The notes: generated by a model not told the origin, from the letters alone. Positions 19,446 to 29,503 are shown, counted from the first letter of the stretch. The stretch is 64,000 nt of DNA from Candidatus Bathyarchaeota archaeon (GCA_963772455.1 CAVYXJ010000005.1:32001-96000); one strand, 5' to 3'. Numbers and translations are program-made.

Positions 19446-19745
19446 CTATCCTTTTGTAAGCACTATTTCAATTGTTGAAACCATTCGTGATCTAGTTTCG
19501 CCTTCTCTTGCCGGCATCTCTTCTGTACCTATCGCGATTTTGCTCACTTTGAGGTCTTTTAGGAAGCGATTTCTTGTTATTTCAGCTGCGTCAACTGCTG
19601 TAGTTATTGCTTGTCCTCTGGCCTTCAAAGTTATTTCTTTTGAATTGCTCGATGACATTCCTGTGATAATCGCTAGAACATAGTCCATGGGCATTTTATT
19701 TCCAATATATACAATTCCTGATCTTTCAGTCATTTCAATCACCAT
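19446..19745 (-). CDS. albA: DNA/RNA-binding protein Alba
   Basis: VYIGNK.PMDYV, LKARGQAI.TAVD.AEI, IGTEE, VSTIEI. Confidence 0.95.
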   Translation of the reverse strand: MVIEMTERSGIVYIGNKMPMDYVLAIITGMSSSNSKEITLKARGQAITTAVDAAEITRNRFLKDLKVSKIAIGTEEMPAREGETRSRMVSTIEIVLTKG

Positions 19746-19958
19746 TTCAACAAAACGTTATGCACTATACAATACAACATTACTTATAAGAACAATTAAA
19801 GAAATAGGCGCGTCCAGTTTTTAGTGTTATCAATAGTTGCTTCTTGAAATTGGTCTAAGGTTTTCGATTTTTAATTGTACCATATGATACACATATAGTA
19901 CAATTTGTGCCATAAATGTCGCAATATTTAATAGTTCGCATCCACAATCCAATATTTA

Positions 19959-20179
19959 CAGGCTGAGGAGCACGCTTTAAGATATGCGTTAAAGCAAAGG
20001 AGCGTATTAATTGAAACAGCTGAAAATTGATACGCGACTAATACCTTGCTTTAACGGGCTGGACATAACAGCGTTGCAAAGAAGCAATGAGCTCTATGGT
20101 CTAAACGGTGAAAGATCATTTAGCGATTAAGACATTGCTTTGATGGACCGAAACGCAGTTAAGGCTTAGACTCAGCCTG
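19959..20179 (+). ncRNA. Candidate ~220-nt structured RNA, divergent from alba
   Basis: Nested helices: 19959-67/20171-79, 19987-20000/20044-56, 20002-12/20025-35, 20067-75/20152-60, 20082-89/20133-40, 20101-09/20115-23; TTTAATA about 26-32 nt upstream. Confidence 0.65.
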
Positions 20180-20307
20180 CTCTAACTAATTCAACTAATC
20201 CTTCTTCTTCTACCAGACAAAAACAAACAATTAAAAGAAGACTTTGAAATCCTGCTACAACAACGCACCGATACTATGGGTATCAGTACCTAAAAAGTTA
20301 GTTTGCT

Positions 20308-20571
20308 TTATCTTAATTTAGACCGTTTTTGGTTTATTCTTTTCGTGAAACGTATCATGTATTTTTCTGCATCGATAGTTTTTGTTCGACTATCAATAAG
20401 CCCTTGTTTTTTTGCCTCAATCAAAGCTTGGTCAAAGGATAATGGTTGTGGATTAGCAGCTTTCTTTTTTGTTATAACTATCCAGATTTCATGATAAATT
20501 TCTTTGTTGTCCTCAAAAAATTGTTTAAGCATTGAAACGTTCTGAGGCTCAAAAGTTATTGATTCACCCAT
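20308..20571 (-). CDS. YdeI/OmpD-associated (bacteriocin-protection) N-terminal-like protein
   Basis: EIWIV..KK, A..EA...G.IDS, RFT.R pattern; start reassigned to ATG 20571. Confidence 0.65.
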   Translation of the reverse strand: MGESITFEPQNVSMLKQFFEDNKEIYHEIWIVITKKKAANPQPLSFDQALIEAKKQGLIDSRTKTIDAEKYMIRFTKRINQKRSKLR

Positions 20572-20599
20572 ACTGATTCCTTTTTTGCGGGCTGTTTGT

Positions 20600-20795
20600 C
20601 TCCCATGTGACCAAACGCTTAACTTCACTGTTGGGCGTTGCCCACCTTTGCTAAGTTCTCTCGGCACGGGAATTTTGCCCTTTGCCCCACCTGTTCCATA
20701 ATTGGGTAGAACTCGATCGTCATAGGCGCAAGATTTGTGTTTCTTACGTTCCTCTGTTGAGTCCGTCTTTATGGGTGCTCATTTTTGGTGAGGCG
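20600..20795 (-). ncRNA. Candidate multi-hairpin structured RNA or leader
   Basis: GC-enriched non-coding tract with four hairpins inside a closing CCCAT/ATGGG stem; wobble pairs are G-U only on the minus strand. Confidence 0.45.
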
Positions 20796-20948
20796 AATAA
20801 AAGTAGGTGGTGGGTAATTTATGAGTTCCTTTATTGAAGCAAATATCTTATTTCAGAAAGTTGATAAGATTATCGATATTTGATAATTATCGTTTAAATA
20901 AACTAAGTCATTATGAGAAGTACAGTACAAGCTAAGAAGTGAGTTAAC

Positions 20949-21320
20949 TTGAGTCACAAACATGATATAAAGAAAACCCATGTTTCATTCATTGAATTTG
21001 ACGATGTCATGTTTAACAAACTTGCACAAGATGTCAAATACTTTGGTGAAGGCAACTCAAAGGAGAGGGTTTTAGAGTTTGATTTTGAGTATTGCCTTAA
21101 TTGTGACTTAAGATTGCTTGATGGCAAACCAATTATGACTCGAGACATTTTTGAGGAAGAGTTTGAAAGATTAGTTACCCAAGCCAAAAACAACAAATAC
21201 GTATGTAGCGAGCAAATCACATTGCAGCATACTGATTTTGAAACATTTGAACGATTAATTAAATGCGCTTTAGAATTGGGCAAACTAAAAGAATGCAAGT
21301 TTGAACAAGAGGTTGATTAG
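20949..21320 (+). CDS. Hypothetical protein, overlapping the downstream regulator
   Basis: 123 aa, CLNC motif; TTG start. Confidence 0.6.
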   Translation: MSHKHDIKKTHVSFIEFDDVMFNKLAQDVKYFGEGNSKERVLEFDFEYCLNCDLRLLDGKPIMTRDIFEEEFERLVTQAKNNKYVCSEQITLQHTDFETFERLIKCALELGKLKECKFEQEVD

Positions 21321-21948
21321 ATTGGCTGATACTTGGCGCGAACCATACCACGTTGTGATCGAAGTGGAAAATAAACAATGTAAAATGGTCGGCAAATTAG
21401 CTTCTTTAGGGTTTAAACACCTAAAAGTCGTTGATGTCCGCAGTTCAAGCAGCGGCTCCGTTCGGCACTTGATGGATGTTGGCGAAGACCAAACAAATAA
21501 AGTCCCCAAAGAACTCGCTGCCAAAGGTCATGTGGAAGGCAAATCTTCAGTTTGGCTAGAGAGCGAAGGCTGCGAGGTTTGCAACACTATTTTGGCACAT
21601 GACGCCTTTTTGGTATCCGGTAAAAGCATGCAGGACAACCTTATAACCTACAGCTTCATGGTTCCAACGTTTGAAGCCTACAAAGGGATAATAAGCGACC
21701 TAGAGAAAGCAGGACATCCAGTTAACGTGCGCAAAATCGGCAAATTCGAACAACAGATCGGCGTTTTAACCGAGAATCAGGAACGAATTTTTTGGTTAGC
21801 TCTTAAAAGCGGTTTTTTTGATTATCCACGCCAAATTGGAATGGCTGAACTTGCAGCTAAATTAGGAATCAGCGCAGCAACACTATCCGAAATTATTCGG
21901 CGAGGTACCCGAAGGTTGCTTGAGCACTTTTTCAAACGGGAATTATAG
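21301..21948 (+). CDS. HTH_10 (bacterio-opsin activator-type) transcription regulator with a Cys-containing sensor region
   Basis: LTENQ..I..LA..GFFDYPR..M.ELA.KLGIS..T.SE.IRR; CEVC in the N-terminal domain. Confidence 0.9.
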   Translation: MNKRLIRLADTWREPYHVVIEVENKQCKMVGKLASLGFKHLKVVDVRSSSSGSVRHLMDVGEDQTNKVPKELAAKGHVEGKSSVWLESEGCEVCNTILAHDAFLVSGKSMQDNLITYSFMVPTFEAYKGIISDLEKAGHPVNVRKIGKFEQQIGVLTENQERIFWLALKSGFFDYPRQIGMAELAAKLGISAATLSEIIRRGTRRLLEHFFKREL

Positions 21949-22031
21949 ATCATTGACAGCACCAGTAATTCAGAATAGCACAACGCAAAATAAGGTGTCT
22001 GTAGTTAAGTACTTTAACAAGTTTTCAGGCA

Positions 22032-22058
22032 TTTTAAAAATCCCTAACATATTAGGGA
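22032..22058 (+). promoter_or_regulatory. TATA-like box followed by a perfect palindromic operator upstream of hcp
   Basis: TTTTAAAAA (22032-22040), then TCCCTAA-CATA-TTAGGGA (22041-22058). Confidence 0.65.
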
Positions 22059-22106
22059 CAATTGCTATCTGCAAACTTGGATATAAATTATTAAAGGTGT
22101 AAAAAT

Positions 22107-23715
22107 TTGAGTCAAAACCAAATGTTCTGTTACCAATGTGAACAAACAGCTAAAGGACAAGGCTGCACAATTGCCGGTGTTTGCGGCAAAACCTCTGATG
22201 TTGCAAACCTTCAAGACCTACTAGTATACAAACTAAGAGAACTTAGCCAACTTGTAATTCAGAGTGGATTAAAAGATGAAAAAATAGGCATTTTTACCGC
22301 TGAAGCATTGTTTGTTACTTTGACAAATGTAAATTTTGATCCAGAAGCAATAGTTGCTTACATTAGAAAAACCGCAGAATTACACGACCAACTGCATAAA
22401 CAACTCCAAATCAAAGCCGATTACTTACCATTAGAAAACACACTCGAAGGCTTAATTGCACAAGGCAAACGCTATGGCATAAATGCTGATTCAACAATTA
22501 ACCCTGACATCCACTCCCTCCAATGGATAATTACATACGGTTTAAAGGGAATTTCAGCTTACGCATATCATGCATATCTTTTAGGCAAAAAAGATCAAAA
22601 AGTCTTCGATTTCATCCATGAAGGATTAGTTGCACCATTCAACAAGTCACTTGGTGCAAACGAGTTAGTAAGTTTAGTTTTCAAATGCGGTGAAATCAAC
22701 ATACGTGCAATGGAGTTGCTTGACGCTGGAAACACTGAAACCTATGGTCACCCAGTCCCAACCAAAGTACCCTTAGGGCACAAAAAGGGCAAAGCAATTG
22801 TAGTTTCAGGCCATGACCTTATCGATTTAGAAAACATCTTAAAGCAAACCCAAGGCACAGGCATAACCGTTTATACACACGGAGAAATGCTCCCAACCCA
22901 CGGCTACCCAAAACTCAAAGCATACCCCAACTTCTATGGCCACTACGGAACAGCATGGCAAAACCAACAGAAAGAATTCGCACAATTTCCAGGCGCAATC
23001 TTAATGACAACTAACTGCATCCAACGCCCAGTCGAAAGCTACAAAGGCAACATTTTCACAGCTGGACCAGTAGGTTACCCAGGGGTTCAACACATCGAAG
23101 GCAAAGACTTCTCGCCAATAATTAAGAAAGCTATTGAAATGCCAGGTTTCCCCGAAGACGTCGAAGGCAAAACAGTCTTAGTCGGCTTTGGCAGAAACGC
23201 AGTACTAAGTGTAGCAGGCAAAGTAATCGAATCCGTTAAGAACGGGCACATAAAACGCTTCTTACTCGTGGGCGGATGCGACGGCGCAAAACCCGGACGA
23301 AGCTACTATCACCGAATTCGTTGAAAAAGCCCCCAGCAACACAATCATACTAACTTTGGCATGCGGAAAATTCCGATTCTTCGACAAAGAACTAGGCACA
23401 ATCGATGACATTCCACGACTACTCGATGTTGGACAATGCAACGATGCATACTCGGCAGTCAAAATCGCTCAAGCCCTAGCAGAAGCATTCCATGTAGAAA
23501 TCAACGATTTGCCACTTTCACTAGTGATTTCATGGTATGAACAAAAAGCCGTTGCAATCTTGCTATCGCTGCTGTACTTGGGTTTAAAGGACATTCGCCT
23601 TGGACCAAGCTTACCAGCTTTCATAACACCAAACATCCTCAAAGTGCTGGTCGACAAATTCAACATAATGCCTATCTCAACACCCGACGAAGACCTCAAA
23701 GCCATAATGAAATAA
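22107..23715 (+). CDS. hcp: Hybrid cluster protein / hydroxylamine reductase (+1 frameshift near 23310; about 535 aa joined)
   Basis: [10 protein letters not shown]...[42 protein letters not shown]. Confidence 0.95.
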
Positions 23716-23943
23716 GAGATTTTTTTCTCTTTTCACTTTTTTATCTTGACAATACAAAAAACGATTAAAGCTCAAATATTTTTTTTACTTTAATCAATTG
23801 TTGAGTTTATTGAACTTTTACAATACTAGCTTTTAGATAGATGAAGTGCTTCATAATCAAGTTTTGTTTTGTCGACAATAATGTTTTATTAAAGCTCCAG
23901 ACTATCACAAAGCAAAACAGGAAGAGAGAAGGCACTACATCCA

Positions 23944-24843
23944 TTGCTAAGTAAAAAATCCAAAGCAGTACTTTACACACTATTAGCTGGAGCTTTGTGG
24001 GGCACATCTTTTCCAATAATAAAAATCGGTTTGGAAACCATTGATCCTTTCACTTTTGTGTTTTGGCGTTTTTTGGTATCCGCGGTCACACTAATAGCTG
24101 TCATGCTAGCTCTTAGGAAATTTGAGTTCAAGGTACCGAATAAGAAGCTATTGGTTTTTTTGGGAATTGCAAACGCCGCAGGCTACCTCCTCCAATACGC
24201 TGCAATGGACTATACAACAGCTGCAAAAGCTGCATTATTCATCAATTTAAGTGCTATATGGGTGGCGCTTCTCTGCCCAAAATTGTTGGGAGAGACTTTT
24301 TCTCGTAAAAAGATTATTGGTGTTATTATGGGTTTGATGGGAATTGTTTTTGTTAGCACAAACCTTGATATCTCCAGTTTAGCTCAAGGTCAGATAGTCG
24401 CCGATTTAACACTTATCATTTCAGGTTTCACATGGGCAATCTTTATGATTTATAACAAAAAATTAGTGATGAATTCAACTTCCGCCACGTTCCAGTCGAT
24501 GACCTGGGTTCTACTTGCAACATTTCTTTTCATAGCACCTTTCGCACTACTGGCAGGTCCCGGTTTCTTTCAATTATCAGGTTGGGCATGGCTAGCAATT
24601 ATTTGGACAGCTATTGTCTGTTGGGTTATACCCTATTATTTATGGCTGGAGGGACTTAAACATCTGTCAGCATCAGTTTCAACAGTTTTATTGTTGTCCG
24701 AAATCGTTGTGGCCGTTATTTTATCAATAATTGTCTTAAAAGAACCTATTACGATATTTTCTACCATAGGTGCTTTCTTTATAGTCATTGCAATAGTCAT
24801 AGTTTCTGTTCAAAACAAGAAAATAAAATCAAATAAAACTTAA
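23944..24843 (+). CDS. DMT/EamA family transporter
   Basis: LWGTSF start, two EamA repeats, about 10 TMs. Confidence 0.9.
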   Translation: MLSKKSKAVLYTLLAGALWGTSFPIIKIGLETIDPFTFVFWRFLVSAVTLIAVMLALRKFEFKVPNKKLLVFLGIANAAGYLLQYAAMDYTTAAKAALFINLSAIWVALLCPKLLGETFSRKKIIGVIMGLMGIVFVSTNLDISSLAQGQIVADLTLIISGFTWAIFMIYNKKLVMNSTSATFQSMTWVLLATFLFIAPFALLAGPGFFQLSGWAWLAIIWTAIVCWVIPYYLWLEGLKHLSASVSTVLLLSEIVVAVILSIIVLKEPITIFSTIGAFFIVIAIVIVSVQNKKIKSNKT

Positions 24844-24919
24844 GACAAGCTCTTGCTTGCCTAATGCTTAAGCTTAAATATCAAAAGGATTGAAATATTG
24901 GGGCTAAGGAGAACAAAAA

Positions 24920-25753
24920 ATGGCAAAAATATTAACCGTAGCTATAGTTGTAATAATGCTCGTTGTAGGATTCGTTGTAGGATTAGTTGCAAGTCCATTT
25001 ATAATGGCGCAAAACACATCACATACTGATAGCGTATGGGACAATATTCAGCAAACAAAAGTAATCAAAGTCGGCACAGACCCAACATGGCCACCATACC
25101 AACTACGCGACAATGTTACTGGCGAAATCGTCGGTTTCGAAGTTGACTTAGCAAATGCATGTGCACAAAAATTAGGTTTAACAATCGAGTGGAACGATGT
25201 TGGCTTTGATAACATTATCCTCTCAGTGCAACAAGGTTCGCTTGATATGGGTGTTAGCGGCTTCTCAATAACGCCAGATAGATTAGACCAAGTTTCATTC
25301 ACTATCCCACATAGCACCACCGAAGGGCAAGTCGTAATGCTTCAGAGCACTATGGCAGCAAAAAATTTAGCTGGTGTTCACTCTCTTGAAGAATTCAAAA
25401 CTTTAGGCATCACCGTTGGAGTACAAGCTGGAAACGTCGAACAGAAAGAACTTGAAGATGCAGGTGTGAGTATCAGAACTTGGAGTGATTCAGCATCACC
25501 ATTCCAAGATATGACCAGCGCAAACCCAAGCGTACAAGCTGTATACGCTGAAACACCAATCACCACATGCTGGATTGCACAATTCGAATCAGAAGGAAAA
25601 CCAGTTGGCGTTGTCTACAGTCACCCATACTACCCAGTTGCATTTCTCACAGCTAAAAACTCACTTACACTTCTTGACAACATAAACGGCGCGCTGACAG
25701 AACTCATCTACGACGGAACAGTAGATCAATTGAAGGCAAAATGGAACGCTTAA
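24920..25753 (+). CDS. Polar amino-acid ABC transporter substrate-binding protein
   Basis: VGTDPTWPPY, GFEVDL, ITPDR...VSFT.P. Confidence 0.9.
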   Translation: MAKILTVAIVVIMLVVGFVVGLVASPFIMAQNTSHTDSVWDNIQQTKVIKVGTDPTWPPYQLRDNVTGEIVGFEVDLANACAQKLGLTIEWNDVGFDNIILSVQQGSLDMGVSGFSITPDRLDQVSFTIPHSTTEGQVVMLQSTMAAKNLAGVHSLEEFKTLGITVGVQAGNVEQKELEDAGVSIRTWSDSASPFQDMTSANPSVQAVYAETPITTCWIAQFESEGKPVGVVYSHPYYPVAFLTAKNSLTLLDNINGALTELIYDGTVDQLKAKWNA

Positions 25754-25769
25754 GCATACGTGATTAGTA

Positions 25770-26423
25770 TTGGACGTTGGGCAACAATTAGTCTTCATCT
25801 TGGAAGGAGTTCCAATAACTCTTTCCATCTCCATTATTTCTTTTTTAATCGGTATAGCAGTAGGATTACCTCTTGCATTCATCAGAGTTTATGAAAAAGA
25901 AGTCAGTTTCTTAGTTGACGCTTACGAAAAAATCTTCCGTGGCATTCCGGAAATCGTTTTGTTATTACTTTTCTATTTTGGGTTACGACCTTTTATGCCA
26001 TTCCCATTTGGAAACGCGTTTTTTGTAGCATGCATGGTGCTAGGATTAAGAAGTGGAGCTAACCAATCGCAGATTTTCAGAGGAGCAATCAGAGGTGTGG
26101 GAGATGAGCAAATGATTGCCGGGGTTTCTGTTGGTTTCTCAAAGTGGAGAGCAATATGGCATATAATGATTCCACAGGTTTTCAATTTCTCCACTGCAGG
26201 TCTTGGTAGCGAATATGCTTTGCTCATTAAAGATTCAGCTTACGTTTATGTAATTGGCTTAGCAGAAGTTGTGACGCGATCTTTACAGTTGTCCAGAATT
26301 CCGCCAACAGATTATGTTACACCATTCGTGCTTGCAGCAGTAGTTTATATTGCAATAACATTCCCCATTGCCTTCTGGCTCGACAGATGGGGAAATAAAA
26401 GAAAGAAGAAAATTGGGTTGTAG
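25770..26423 (+). CDS. Amino-acid ABC transporter permease
   Basis: FRGIP, EAA-like loop, LIKDS. Confidence 0.9.
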   Translation: MDVGQQLVFILEGVPITLSISIISFLIGIAVGLPLAFIRVYEKEVSFLVDAYEKIFRGIPEIVLLLLFYFGLRPFMPFPFGNAFFVACMVLGLRSGANQSQIFRGAIRGVGDEQMIAGVSVGFSKWRAIWHIMIPQVFNFSTAGLGSEYALLIKDSAYVYVIGLAEVVTRSLQLSRIPPTDYVTPFVLAAVVYIAITFPIAFWLDRWGNKRKKKIGL

Positions 26424-26426
26424 AAA

Positions 26427-27239
26427 ATGACAGATTTCGTGATGGAAGCAAAACATGTATTCAAAAACTACGGCAAAAATGTCAAGAAAGCCGAAAAAAT
26501 AGATACAGACATTTGTGTTGACAAAAAGCATCTTGTGGAGGCCGTCAAAGACGTTTCACTGCAAATCAGGAAAGGAGACATAAAACTAATTTTTGGACCA
26601 AGCGGTTCTGGGAAAAGCACATTCCTACGCTGCATGGCCATGCTTGAAATTCCAGACAAGGGTGAAATCTATCTTGGTGATGAATGTTTAACTGCCCCGG
26701 GTGTGGATCTCAACAAAGCTCGAGCAAGAATCGGATTCGTCTTTCAGCACATCTACCTTTTTCGACACTTAACTGCATTGGGAAACGTCGAGTTAGCCCT
26801 TAGGCAAGTATTGAAATTACCAAAAGAAGACGCACGCAAACGCGCGTTAGATGCCTTAGCCGAAGTTAAAGTAACTGACTGCATCCACAAATTTCCCTCG
26901 CAAATGTCGGGCGGACAAGCTCAGAGGGTGGGCATAGCCAGAGCCATAGCTCGTAATCCAGATATTATTCTTCTTGATGAACCTACTTCAGCATTAGATC
27001 CGGAGCTTACTGGAGAAGTTATCGATACACTACGCGACTTAGCAAATGAAGGCATGACAATGCTAATTGTGAGCCATGAAATGCCTTTTGCAAGAGAAGT
27101 TGCCGAGGAGATGATTTTCTATGATGAGGGCTCTGTTGTGGAGACAGGACCTCCATCACTTTTCTTTAATGCTCCAAATACTGATCGAGCTAAGAAATTT
27201 ATGACAAGAATTATAAATCGGACAACTCGTGAATATTAA
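26427..27239 (+). CDS. Amino-acid ABC transporter ATP-binding protein (GlnQ-like)
   Basis: GPSGSGKS, MSGGQ, LLDEPTSALDP, VSHEM. Confidence 0.95.
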   Translation: MTDFVMEAKHVFKNYGKNVKKAEKIDTDICVDKKHLVEAVKDVSLQIRKGDIKLIFGPSGSGKSTFLRCMAMLEIPDKGEIYLGDECLTAPGVDLNKARARIGFVFQHIYLFRHLTALGNVELALRQVLKLPKEDARKRALDALAEVKVTDCIHKFPSQMSGGQAQRVGIARAIARNPDIILLDEPTSALDPELTGEVIDTLRDLANEGMTMLIVSHEMPFAREVAEEMIFYDEGSVVETGPPSLFFNAPNTDRAKKFMTRIINRTTREY

Positions 27240-27917
27240 ATGTTCGAATTCCTCCTCAATCCAATGTACCAAATGTGGATCATCCAAGGTCTATTTCTAA
27301 CAGTGGCAATTACGCTGTTTGGGGTTCTATTGGGTTTAGGATTGGGAACATTGCTGGCTGTAGGAGACATTTACGGCAAAAAACCCGTTAGAACTGTAAT
27401 TGCCGTTTACGTTGAACTTTTTAGAGGAAGCCCATTGTTTGTTCAGCTTCTTCTGGCGGTTTATACTGTGCCAGCAATATTTAACATCCAAGTGGACCAT
27501 GCTTTTTTGGCTTTCCTAGTATTTGGGCTAAACAGTGCAGGCTATCAAAAAGGTTACATGAAAGGTGCGATGGAAACCATACTTAACGATCAAATGCAAG
27601 CTGGACAATCAGTCGGATTGTCTAGAACTCAAACACTTCGCCACGTAATACTTCCACAGGCTTATCGCATAGTTATCCCTTCGTGGACTAACGAGTTCTG
27701 TTCTTTAACGAAAAGCACCGCTACCTTAGGATATTTGGGTTTTATGGACTTGGTCGGGGCAGGCGTTTCAATCAAAGGCGGCACCTTTGAAATCCTACCT
27801 GTATGGATTGTTATTGGGGGTATCTATCTGGTTTGGATAACTGGATTTACTAAATTGATGGATATGATTTATGAGAGAAAGAAGATACCAGGCGTGGAAC
27901 TTGCTATGCAATCATAA
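27240..27917 (+). CDS. Amino-acid ABC transporter permease
   Basis: FRGSPLFVQL, VILPQA.R, NEF..LTKST. Confidence 0.9.
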   Translation: MFEFLLNPMYQMWIIQGLFLTVAITLFGVLLGLGLGTLLAVGDIYGKKPVRTVIAVYVELFRGSPLFVQLLLAVYTVPAIFNIQVDHAFLAFLVFGLNSAGYQKGYMKGAMETILNDQMQAGQSVGLSRTQTLRHVILPQAYRIVIPSWTNEFCSLTKSTATLGYLGFMDLVGAGVSIKGGTFEILPVWIVIGGIYLVWITGFTKLMDMIYERKKIPGVELAMQS

Positions 27918-27930
27918 AAGCCCAGCTTTA

Positions 27931-28507
27931 TCATGCTTTAAGTTTCTTGATTAACCACGCCATGTTATTGCCTAAATCATCCATGGTTTTTAGTCCTTCC
28001 TCGTCTTTTTCCACGTCACCTTTGTTTAAGCCTATACCAACATTCCAGTAGGAAGACCCTGGAACTATCATTTGGCTGATAAAGAAAAAGTGGTTTATTG
28101 CGTCAAATGTTGGAATCCCTCCTGCCCTACGCACAGCCACAACTGCCGCACCCACTTTGCGTTTATACAAATCCCCATTTGCTCGTCCAACAAAACCTGC
28201 ACGATCAATGAGAGCTTTCATTTCAGAAGTCATCATAGAAAAGTACGTTGGCGAACCAAGAATTATTCCATCTGCCGCCAGCCATCTTCTCAATATAGAG
28301 GTTAACGTTGTCATTAACGATCTTACACTGTTTGTTTTGGATTTTTCGGCAAGTTCCACACGCCATGCAGCCATGAATTTGTTCGCCAGCCAACTGTATG
28401 AGTTCAGTTTCAATTCCGTCGCTTTCAAGAACACTCAAAACTCTTCGAATCAAAATGGCTGTATTCCCATCTTTTCTTGCACTTCCATTAAAGGCAACTA
28501 CTTTCAA
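27931..28507 (-). CDS. Iron-sulfur flavoprotein (+1 frameshift near 28279; about 191 aa joined)
   Basis: GSARKDGNT and CMACGTC...C in one frame; [18 protein letters not shown] and RRAGG in the next. Confidence 0.9.
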
Positions 28508-28561
28508 TCAAAATCACAAATTAACAATTATAACATCTGGATAAAAGAATAGCGCAAACAT

Positions 28562-29503
28562 CTATGTTTTCTTTCTTCTACTCCAAACAACTACAACAAT
28601 AGCCACGATTGCAATTGCCAAAGCAACTAAAACCGCGATTTCAACGGGAAAGTTCTCTACTGGAACTGGCAACTTAACTGGGGATTGCATTAGAGGAAAA
28701 CGGTCTTGGTTCAATACATCGATTACGTAGCGTGTATCACCTATCCCGTCATTATTGTTATCAGTGCCATTGTAATCACTCCAGAAGTTGCCTTGTTGCC
28801 CATCATCCCAGCTATGCGGAGGCTCCGTTGTGTTATAATCTTTACATTCACAACCATTTAACTGCACAATGTTGTTTTCAAAGTCATTATGATTAATCAC
28901 GATATCAGAAGGAATTATATCGCCTACATTGTTGAAGCCAAAAAACAATCCGCGATTATTATCTGCTATGTAGTTATTCGTTACAGTTTGATTTGATCCT
29001 GAAAGCAAAATCCCAACGATATTGTTAGTTACACCATTTCCTGTTATGGAGTTATTCTTGGTCCAAATGTACATACCAATACTGAAATTTTTGACGTTCA
29101 AGTCCTTGACCGTTACACCTTCAACGTTTGGGCTTGCCAAATCAATACCTATGACGTATTGAGCCAAAGCTCCGTTAGGCAATTGATCAGGTCCTTGACC
29201 AATAAGCCACACATCCATTGCTGTACCATTATAGGGACCTGAAAGAGTGAAACCTGCACCATCAAGTATAATGTTGCTTTTCTGGATTTTTATTGCTGCA
29301 TACAGGTTATCTGTGAAAGTATAGGTGTTCCCATTCTGTACAATTGGCGCTGAAATTGGACTAACACTACCATCAGCCCGAATCACCACTGTTGATAGAG
29401 GCGCTTGAGAATCTGCGGAACCAACAAGAAAAGTTGATACCAACATGAACACTAAGAAAACGAAGGCTAAAATCAGCCTTAACCTTAAGTTTACCACTCT
29501 CAT
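28562..29503 (-). CDS. NosD-like / CASH parallel beta-helix surface protein
   Basis: Signal peptide, Asn/Gly-rich beta-helix repeats, WD.G..GNFWSDY.G.D...DGIGD..Y, C-terminal TM. Confidence 0.85.
   Translation of the reverse strand: MRVVNLRLRLILAFVFLVFMLVSTFLVGSADSQAPLSTVVIRADGSVSPISAPIVQNGNTYTFTDNLYAAIKIQKSNIILDGAGFTLSGPYNGTAMDVWLIGQGPDQLPNGALAQYVIGIDLASPNVEGVTVKDLNVKNFSIGMYIWTKNNSITGNGVTNNIVGILLSGSNQTVTNNYIADNNRGLFFGFNNVGDIIPSDIVINHNDFENNIVQLNGCECKDYNTTEPPHSWDDGQQGNFWSDYNGTDNNNDGIGDTRYVIDVLNQDRFPLMQSPVKLPVPVENFPVEIAVLVALAIAIVAIVVVVWSRRKKT

Noticed and set aside
20633-20650. T-box-like AAGGTGGGCAACGC on the minus strand
   Set aside because: Imperfect match, no recognisable Stem I, the downstream gene is not amino-acid related, and T-boxes are bacterial
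20572-20667. N-terminal extension of the 119-aa ORF 20308-20667
   Set aside because: Family resemblance begins at ATG 20571, which has an AAGGA RBS; the extension lies in the structured tract
19959-20795. SRP RNA, RNase P RNA or C/D-box identity for the two RNA candidates
   Set aside because: No SRP helix-8 motif, no RNase P GAGGAAAGUCC-type conserved region and no properly placed terminal C and D boxes
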